A stretch of DNA of 4,683 nt from a virus (Duplodnaviria; Heunggongvirae; Uroviricota; Caudoviricetes), in the IMG/VR virus record IMGVR_UViG_3300030438_000128. The stretch is one strand, 5' to 3'. Below the pieces are notes generated by a model that did no database searches, was not told the DNA's origin, and saw only the letters and a list, made by a program, of their open reading frames with translations. Made by a program: the position numbers and the translations under genes. The stretch's first letter is position 1; the number at the start of each line of letters is the position of its first letter. Below are positions 1-4,683 of the stretch, piece by piece.

Positions 1-305
1 CTAAAAACTGGGGATAACGCCTTAAATGGCGAAGAAACGGTCTAAATAGGCTGATTCAAGGCATTTACGGGAGAAAAAATCGACTCAAACATGAAGAAAT
101 GAAATGACTGAGTCAGCCGAGAAGAATTTCCCCGCTTATTCGCACCTTCCCTAACCTTCTAGTCCGCTTTGAGCGAAAAGCAGACTGTCACGCGTTGAAG
201 TTAATTGTATTACTTAGATAAACACTATCATTTTCCTGACGTTAAGTTGTATCTTTGATAGGATTAAAAAACGTATAGATAGCTTATGCTACTGAGGGAA
301 TAAAA

Positions 306-1115
306 ATGACGAAAATTAGTGAACGATGGAAGCACAATGGCATTACTGAAGGTTATTGCAATATTTGTGGGAAATATGGCTTGCTCACAAAAGATCATGT
401 TCCTCCAAAGTGCGCCATAACCTTAGGCCCTGTTTTGCAGAAAACAGTTAGCGAATTTTTTGGTATTCAGGAACCAGTTAAACCATTAAATGCTAAAAAT
501 GGCTCTTATTTCAGAACCATTTGCAGCCACTGTAACAATAAGGTATTAGGTGGGCTCGATGTTGCAATTGAAAATGTAACAAAGTCCTTTAAAGAACAGT
601 TAAGTCGATATATGAATGGTATGAATGTATATCCATTCATTAGAATACCTTTTGATAGCATATCTTTCACTAAGGCTATGATTGGGCACGTGCTATCAGC
701 AACTTCAGTTGAAGATTGTAAAAAAGAACCCGTAGATAGCCCCTTCTATACACCTTTAAAGGATTATGTTTTGGGTAAAAATTCAAGTTTTGAGGAAACT
801 CATGATATTTACTACTGGTTTTACCCACACAGAATGCACATATCCGCTCAAAGTGTAGCATTTATGAACGAAGGACATGTGGCATTTATTTGTGCTTTAC
901 ATTTTTTTCCTATCGGTTTTATTATCACAATGAAAAATGAAGGAACATACCCTGCCCACTCTACAAAATTAGAACTTGAAGATAAATTCCTTACATTTAA
1001 TATGACCTCTATAAATTATGAGTATACGACATTTCCATTTGTAAATCTTAAGGGAAACCAAATGTATGCGATAAGCAACGGTCATACTTGTGTGAGTTAT
1101 CCAATAATTAAGTGA
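306..1115 (+). CDS. HNH-motif nuclease-domain protein with an uncharacterised ~190-aa C-terminal region; AT-rich prophage cargo gene
   Basis: 269-codon ORF from ATG 306 to TGA 1113-1115. GAGGG at 294-298 sits 7 nt upstream of the ATG. Residues 18-79 show C18-x2-C21, D30-H31-V-P-P, N62/N65 and C73-x2-C76-N-N-K, the spacing of an HNH (His-Me finger) zinc-ribbon nuclease core. Remainder has no motif I recognise. Composition is visibly AT-richer than the flanking genes (by eye, not computed). Confidence 0.8.
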   Translation: MTKISERWKHNGITEGYCNICGKYGLLTKDHVPPKCAITLGPVLQKTVSEFFGIQEPVKPLNAKNGSYFRTICSHCNNKVLGGLDVAIENVTKSFKEQLSRYMNGMNVYPFIRIPFDSISFTKAMIGHVLSATSVEDCKKEPVDSPFYTPLKDYVLGKNSSFEETHDIYYWFYPHRMHISAQSVAFMNEGHVAFICALHFFPIGFIITMKNEGTYPAHSTKLELEDKFLTFNMTSINYEYTTFPFVNLKGNQMYAISNGHTCVSYPIIK

Positions 1116-1169
1116 CGGCTAAATCATACAATCTACGCATGTTCACTTTCTACATATACCATCTATAAT

Positions 1170-1193
1170 GTCCGCTGTTGGCACAAAGCGGAC
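1170..1193. terminator. Possible bidirectional stem-loop between convergent genes
   Basis: Perfect 7-bp inverted repeat GTCCGCT (1170-1176) / AGCGGAC (1187-1193) with a 10-nt loop, in the 146-bp gap between the convergent stops at 1115 and 1262. No strong U-tract on either strand, so intrinsic terminator function is uncertain. Confidence 0.25.
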
Positions 1194-1261
1194 AACCACG
1201 CTAGCTCTACCCTGTGCCACAAAATGTCAATTTGCATCTGAACTAATGCACTTTAATCTCG

Positions 1262-1684
1262 TCACTTCAATAAATACCGAACATCACCCTGATAAAACGA
1301 CAATATGCGCTGCATAACTTCACTCTTCCGGCACTCGCGACAGATTATGTTCTGACGCCTGTCGTAGCGACGTATTTCTCCGTCAGGTAATGACCAGATA
1401 AGGTCCGGATCAACCGCAGATGGTTTCTTCAGCTTTGCCCTTGAGAGCTTTTTACGGGCATTTTGCCAGTCCTTACGCGCCTGTTCAGACGGGAATAACC
1501 CGTAACCAGAGTTGTATACATCGCCGCTGGCAACCAGCTCTCTTGCGAGAACGCTCATCAGATATCTTGTCGCACCTGTCTTGACTTCCAGTTGCCGTAA
1601 CGTCTCACGCCCACTCTGGCGTACGAGTTCAACAACCTGTCCTTTAATTTTTTCCCGCTCTTCTTGTGTAAAAACTTTTGCCAC
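1262..1684 (-). CDS. Hypothetical prophage protein, 140 aa, basic, with C-terminal CxxC; occupies the slot after the replication initiator
   Basis: ORF with GTG start (complement of 1682-1684) preceded on the - strand by AGGAGGG with a 3-4 nt spacer. Stop (TGA) is the complement of 1262-1264. Same strand as, and 40 bp downstream of, the initiator gene, consistent with one operon. No family recognised. Confidence 0.65.
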   Translation of the reverse strand: MAKVFTQEEREKIKGQVVELVRQSGRETLRQLEVKTGATRYLMSVLARELVASGDVYNSGYGLFPSEQARKDWQNARKKLSRAKLKKPSAVDPDLIWSLPDGEIRRYDRRQNIICRECRKSEVMQRILSFYQGDVRYLLK

Positions 1685-1724
1685 AAGCCCTCCTGAAAAT
1701 TACCTCATGACCAGAAATTAACAC

Positions 1725-2795
1725 TTACCCCCTGAAGCCCGGCGGAATTTCGTTATCCGGTTCAGAAATATGATTCACACAACGCTGGTTGTTCGTGCCG
1801 CTTACCGGGAGCAACCAGGGGTTCTCAAAATTCCGGTCCGGTCCAAAAAACGTCGTCGCTCGCTGAACAAATTCCGTTCCCGTTTTCCCGGTAGCCGCCA
1901 AGTATCTTGCGTAACGCCTCACGCCATCCAGCATGGCTTCTGGTGGCACCCCCTCGCGTAATCTGGCCTTCCAGGCACTGAAAGCGGATTTCTTCGGGTT
2001 TGCTCCGGCACGCAACGGGTACTCCCGCCAGACCTGTTCGAACACATCCGGATAATCCACTCGTCCCACAGACTGCCCGGTGTTTTCCGGGACTACCCGA
2101 TCGGCTTCCCGCTGAATGGCGGAATCGGCTTCGGGCTGCTGCAGTTGGTGTGATTGCTCCGGCCTTGCGGTCATCACCTGCTGCACAGCGCCCGAATCGG
2201 CTTTCAGCGCATACGCTGAATCGGCTTCCGGTGTCGTGCCTGCTGGCTGACCAAGATTGACGGTCTGAACATCCCCTGCCTGGTTCGTGGCGTTTTTTAC
2301 GCCATGGACCATAGTGTTTTGATCTTCGTGATCTGTATCTTTATCTGTATCTTTATCTGTCGTGACTCGTCGTGACATGTGCGTGACATTTCGTGACGCG
2401 CCGTGACAATCGCCATTTTGTTCCCGCTTTCTTTCCCTCTCTCGCTGCGCCCTCTTGCGCTCTGCAGGAGATTTTGCGGTTTGCGAAATATTGCCGTTGT
2501 CCTCTTTAAGCACCTGGCGTTTTTCCCATCCAGTGATTAAATCACCATCAAGTACCCGCCCCTGCATCGTCTGCAAAATTGAATCAATTACCTCTTCTGT
2601 CACGTCGAGCGCACTTGCCAAATCTTCTGTCGTGACATCAATGTGACCTCGCGTGACATTTCGTGACGCGCTCACCAGGAGGTGGATATACACTGCCATC
2701 ACTGTTGCAATTGGCTGCCCTGACACTCTGGCAATTGTTCGCCACTTAGGGTCATTTGGCATGTCATGCCATAATCTGAGCCAGGCGTTAGCCAT
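1725..2795 (-). CDS. Phage replication initiator / replisome organiser (lambda O / YdaU-like), with internal iteron repeats
   Basis: ORF track gives 1725..2801 from a GTG; the ATG two codons downstream (complement of 2793-2795) has a better-spaced GAGG RBS, so 2795 is the preferred start. N-terminus (WLRLWHDMPNDPKWRTIARVSGQPIATVMAVYIHLL...) resembles the N-terminal domain of phage replisome organisers; C-terminus (FEQVWREYPLRAGANPKKSAFSAWKARL...) resembles phage replication-protein C-terminal motifs. Both are recalled family resemblance, not searched. Charged low-complexity linker in the middle. Confidence 0.75.
   Translation of the reverse strand: MANAWLRLWHDMPNDPKWRTIARVSGQPIATVMAVYIHLLVSASRNVTRGHIDVTTEDLASALDVTEEVIDSILQTMQGRVLDGDLITGWEKRQVLKEDNGNISQTAKSPAERKRAQRERERKREQNGDCHGASRNVTHMSRRVTTDKDTDKDTDHEDQNTMVHGVKNATNQAGDVQTVNLGQPAGTTPEADSAYALKADSGAVQQVMTARPEQSHQLQQPEADSAIQREADRVVPENTGQSVGRVDYPDVFEQVWREYPLRAGANPKKSAFSAWKARLREGVPPEAMLDGVRRYARYLAATGKTGTEFVQRATTFFGPDRNFENPWLLPVSGTNNQRCVNHISEPDNEIPPGFRG
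2331..2360. repeat. 12-bp tandem repeat ATCTGTATCTTT x2.5, in-frame within the initiator gene
   Basis: Directly visible: atctgtatcttt (2331-2342), atctgtatcttt (2343-2354), atctgt (2355-2360). On the - strand it encodes the TDKDTDKDTD stretch of the initiator. Confidence 0.9.
2361..2407. repeat. Iteron-like cluster A: five CGTGAC hexamers at ~10-bp spacing, including one copy of a 21-bp exact repeat
   Basis: CGTGAC at 2361, 2371, 2382, 2392 and 2402. The 21-mer GCGTGACATTTCGTGACGCGC at 2381-2401 is identical to 2651-2671. The repeat is seen directly; origin function is inferred. Confidence 0.85.
2631..2671. repeat. Iteron-like cluster B: CGTGAC/TGTGAC hexamers plus the second copy of the 21-bp exact repeat
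   Basis: CGTGAC at 2631, 2652 and 2662, TGTGAC at 2642. The 21-mer at 2651-2671 matches 2381-2401 exactly, offset by 270 bp (90 codons, in frame), and both copies encode ASRNVT in the initiator. Confidence 0.85.
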
Positions 2796-2865
2796 ACTCA
2801 CCTCTTCTGATACCGAATCTTTTACTCACGAGTTGCCGGAAGCGATTCGATATGGCTATTATCAC

Positions 2866-3291
2866 TCAATGCACTGCCACAGCATTTCCTGCCGGGCCAC
2901 CACGGTTCATCTGATTGAAACCGGCGATTGCCACTGCGACAAAATCATCAGCGTCTCTCACCAGTCGCTCCCGCGTCTCCACCAGCTCCCGAAAATAAGC
3001 TGAACTGTGGCTGCGCATTCTGGCCACCAGCAAAGGTGGCATTGCCTTTTCGATCGCTGGTAACAACGCCTGAATTTTTTCAACTGCATCAGGGGTGTCT
3101 TTCTCTACCCAGCGGAAAATTTTCTGGGTATTGCGAGCCAGGGCTTCCGGATGGCTGTCGTCATACAGTTCTGGGAACGTCATACCCAGTTCAAAATAAG
3201 CCCTGGTTATTTCAGCTGCCGGAACTTTTTCACCGTCCGGATGCGCCCAGGCATTCATCGCCATGCGGATGTGTTCATGCTTGATTTTCAT
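2866..3291 (-). CDS. YdaT-like prophage regulatory protein (CII-like position), 141 aa
   Basis: ATG is the complement of 3289-3291, with AGGAG 8 nt upstream on the - strand. N-terminus MKIKHEHI... matches my recollection of the YdaT family of Rac-like prophages. Lies immediately downstream of the Cro-like gene, overlapping its 3' end by 17 nt. Confidence 0.75.
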   Translation of the reverse strand: MKIKHEHIRMAMNAWAHPDGEKVPAAEITRAYFELGMTFPELYDDSHPEALARNTQKIFRWVEKDTPDAVEKIQALLPAIEKAMPPLLVARMRSHSSAYFRELVETRERLVRDADDFVAVAIAGFNQMNRGGPAGNAVAVH

Positions 3292-3556
3292 GAATCAAGC
3301 TCCTAGAAAGTGGTTGTGTTAACGTTTTGGTATCTTCCAGCTCGGGCCAAATATTCATCCAATCAAAAGGCCTTAGTTGCTGACGTGTAACTTCACCATT
3401 ACTGGCTCGCTCAATAAGGACACATAACGATGCCCCTAACACTTGACCTTTACTCAATGCCTTTCTTAGATAACCGATGCTGGTACCACACTCGCATGCA
3501 AACATACGCTGTTCATCTGACGAAAGAGAATTGAGAAATATTCTTAATTCTTCCAT
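3275..3556 (-). CDS. Cro-like HTH regulator of the YdaS family, 93 aa
   Basis: ATG is the complement of 3554-3556, with AAGGAG 5 nt upstream. The segment CGTSIGYLRKALSKGQVLGASLCVLIERASNGEVTRQQLRP resembles the YdaS/Cro-type HTH pattern (recalled). Divergent from the repressor gene across an operator-bearing intergenic region. Confidence 0.75.
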   Translation of the reverse strand: MEELRIFLNSLSSDEQRMFACECGTSIGYLRKALSKGQVLGASLCVLIERASNGEVTRQQLRPFDWMNIWPELEDTKTLTQPLSRSLIHENQA

Positions 3557-3581
3557 AGCTACTCCTTAGTAAACACAGTAA

Positions 3582-3656
3582 AGAATACCCACAGGTAAAC
3601 AAAAGTCAATACCCACAGGTTGTTTACCTTGCGGTAATCGCATCTATTATTTACCT
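3582..3656. promoter_or_regulatory. Divergent PR-like / PRM-like promoter region with two operator repeats
   Basis: O1 TACCCACAGGTA (3586-3597) and O2 TACCCACAGGTT (3610-3621), centres 24 bp apart. - strand promoter candidate: -35 TTGACT (complement of 3604-3609), 16-bp spacer, -10 TATTCT (complement of 3582-3587). + strand promoter candidate: -35 GTTTAC/TTTACC (3622-3628), -10 TATTAT (3645-3650), ending 6 nt before the repressor ATG. Inverted repeat GGTAAACAA (3594-3602) / TTGTTTACC (3620-3628). Confidence 0.5.
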
Positions 3657-4076
3657 ATGGACAAATATGAATTTAGACGACAGCAACTCATCAAAATTCG
3701 TGATGAGAAATGCGATGGTAAAGCGGTTAACGTGGCCAGAAAGATCGGGCGCGAGCCTTCTTATGTATCAAGAATGTTGTACCCAGAGGGGAAAAAGGGA
3801 AAAAAACGGATCGCTGATGATATGGTGGAGATTATCGAAGAGTCCTTTGGGTTACCCCGGGGATGGATGGATGGTATCGTTTCATCATCAACGAACACAG
3901 CCTCCAGTTATGAAACAAGGGTTCTAACGCCACGACAACGTATTTTTTTAGATCTCTTAGACGAACTGCCAGAAAGTGAAGCGGATAACTTATTAAAAAC
4001 TCTTGAAGAGAAAAAACAGTATTACAATATGATCTACGAAGAAATCCGTAAAAAGAAAGCACAAAACGCATCATAG
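3657..4076 (+). CDS. CI/DicA-like HTH prophage repressor, 139 aa
   Basis: ATG 3657 with no Shine-Dalgarno upstream (possibly leaderless). HTH-like segment AVNVARKIGREPSYVSRML. C-terminal LTPRQRIFLDLLDELPESEADNLL... resembles the C-terminus of DicA-type repressors (recalled). Divergent from the Cro-like gene and flanked on both sides by TACCCA-type operator sites. Confidence 0.8.
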   Translation: MDKYEFRRQQLIKIRDEKCDGKAVNVARKIGREPSYVSRMLYPEGKKGKKRIADDMVEIIEESFGLPRGWMDGIVSSSTNTASSYETRVLTPRQRIFLDLLDELPESEADNLLKTLEEKKQYYNMIYEEIRKKKAQNAS

Positions 4077-4118
4077 CTCACCAAACAACTAGTCACCAGT
4101 TAAGACACCGCAAAAAGT

Positions 4119-4159
4119 TACCCATGGGTATTTACTTTTTAAATACCTATGGGTATCCT
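4119..4159 (+). promoter_or_regulatory. PL-like promoter with two 12-bp palindromic operators
   Basis: O3 TACCCATGGGTA (4119-4130) is a perfect palindrome; O4 TACCTATGGGTA (4144-4155) has one mismatch; centres are 25 bp apart. Candidate -35 TTTACT (4131-4136), 17-bp spacer, -10 TATCCT (4154-4159), reading into the downstream + strand small genes. Confidence 0.5.
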
Positions 4160-4341
4160 TCTTTTCATACCAACCCACCCCGCCCCACAGAATGCAGGGC
4201 AATACTTCGAGTTACCAGGCAGTGGTCAGGGGTTAAGTAGCCAGCCCGAGGCGTAAGAACATGACGGCAGGGTTCAACTTTAATAACTATGCAGCAGGTT
4301 TTTGTTCCGCTACCCCGGCGTTAAGGGGAAATGAGGTCAGC

Positions 4342-4497
4342 ATGGATACTATCGATCTTGGCAACAGCGAATCTCTGGTATGTGGCGTGTTCCCCAACCA
4401 GGACGGTACGTTCACCGCGATGACGTATACCAAAAGCAAAACGTTTAAAACCGAAAATGGTGCCCGTCGCTGGCTGGAAAGAAACTCAGGTGAGTGA
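4342..4497 (+). CDS. Small prophage protein, 51 aa (YdfA/YdaF-family-like)
   Basis: Internal ATG at 4342 of the 4261..4497 ORF, with GAGG 5 nt upstream. The product MDTIDLGNSESLVCGVFPNQDGTFTAMTYTKSKTFKTENGARRWLERNSGE matches my recollection of the 51-aa proteins next to racR/dicA in E. coli cryptic prophages. The longer 4261 start cannot be excluded. Confidence 0.55.
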   Translation: MDTIDLGNSESLVCGVFPNQDGTFTAMTYTKSKTFKTENGARRWLERNSGE

Positions 4498-4498
4498 T

Positions 4499-4627
4499 AT
4501 GGATTTCGACACAATCATGGAAAAGGCTTACGAAGAATACTTCGAAGGTCTTGCCGAAGGCGAAGAAGCTCTCAGCTTCAACGAATTTAAACAGGCGCTT
4601 TCCAGTTCGGCAAAATCTAACGGCTGA
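4499..4627 (+). CDS. Small prophage protein, 42 aa (YdfB/YdaG-family-like)
   Basis: Not in the ORF track (too short). ATG 4499 lies 1 nt after the upstream TGA (4495-4497), with AGGTGA 5 nt upstream. Translation MDFDTIMEKAYEEYFEGLAEGEEALSFNEFKQALSSSAKSNG, stop TGA 4625-4627. Matches recalled small proteins of Rac/Qin immunity regions. Confidence 0.5.
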   Translation: MDFDTIMEKAYEEYFEGLAEGEEALSFNEFKQALSSSAKSNG

Positions 4628-4656
4628 TAAGCGAAACAGCACCGCGAGGAATCAGT

Positions 4657-4683
4657 ATGCAGAAACGAGAACCCGTCATCATC
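4657..4683 (+). CDS. 5' end of a further + strand gene (MQKREPVII...), truncated by the window edge
   Basis: ATG 4657 preceded by GAGGA (4646-4650) with a 6-nt spacer; open through the window end. Only 9 codons visible, so identity is unknown. Confidence 0.35.

Noticed and set aside
1-305. tRNA, tmRNA or attachment site at the window start
   Set aside because: No cloverleaf-compatible sequence, no GGTTCGA(A/T)TCC T-loop motif and no integrase gene in the window; nothing supports an att site here.
676-861. 61-aa ORF on the - strand inside the HNH gene
   Set aside because: Fully antisense to a much longer ORF that has a good RBS; no RBS of its own; typical spurious ORF.
1142-1169. Promoter-like TTCACT-16 bp-TATAAT on the + strand in the convergent intergenic region
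   Set aside because: It would transcribe antisense into the - strand gene at 1262..1684 with no downstream + strand ORF. Possibly a chance match in AT-rich DNA or an antisense or terminator-associated element; unsupported without transcript data.
2361-2671. Possible CRISPR array, given the short repeated CGTGAC-containing units
   Set aside because: Repeats are 6-21 bp, irregularly spaced, lie in frame within a protein-coding gene and lack the regular ~30-bp repeat/spacer structure; they fit origin iterons, not CRISPR.
2796-2801. GTG start at 2801 for the initiator, as given in the ORF track
   Set aside because: The ATG two codons downstream (complement of 2793-2795) has a GAGG about 5 nt upstream, whereas the GTG would sit inside the RBS; the ATG is the more likely start.
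1512-3284. Six + strand ORFs (1512..1721, 1770..1961, 2000..2260, 2455..2646, 2653..3003, 2928..3284) antisense to the - strand replication and regulatory genes
   Set aside because: Each lies entirely within or across longer - strand genes that have RBSs, operon logic and recognisable family features. The translations are Pro/Arg/Ser-rich, as expected for antisense frames of GC-rich coding DNA.
3667-4074. ORFs 3667..3927 (+) and 3832..4074 (-) overlapping the repressor gene
   Set aside because: Alternative-frame or antisense ORFs nested in the repressor CDS, which itself has a recognisable HTH and DicA-like C-terminus; no independent start signals.
4261-4341. Longer 78-aa version of the first small gene, starting at ATG 4261
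   Set aside because: The N-terminal extension (MTAGFNFNNYAAGFCSATPALRGNEVS) looks non-protein-like, and the internal ATG 4342 has a better-spaced GAGG RBS and gives the expected 51-aa product. Not fully excluded; a GAGG lies 9 nt upstream of 4261.
4287-4642. ORFs 4287..4514 and 4445..4642 on the - strand
   Set aside because: Antisense to the two small + strand genes, which have RBSs and stop/start coupling; no RBS of their own and they would run against the PL-like promoter.

Overview
This window reads as the immunity and replication module of a lambdoid (Rac/Qin-like) enterobacterial prophage, followed by a convergently oriented AT-rich cargo gene. From right to left: a PL-like promoter with two 12-bp palindromic operators drives small + strand genes (51 aa, 42 aa and a truncated third); a CI/DicA-like repressor (+) is divergent from a Cro-like YdaS-family gene (-), with two operator repeats between them; then on the - strand a YdaT-like (CII-like) gene, a replication initiator carrying in-frame iteron repeats (probable embedded origin), and a 140-aa hypothetical protein. 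The unusual element is a 269-aa gene at 306..1115 (+), visibly AT-richer than its neighbours, with an N-terminal HNH nuclease motif and a ~190-aa C-terminal region with no motif I recognise. I consider it the best candidate for an undescribed single-gene defence, exclusion or toxin function. All family assignments are from reading the translations and recalled family resemblance; no database search was run.
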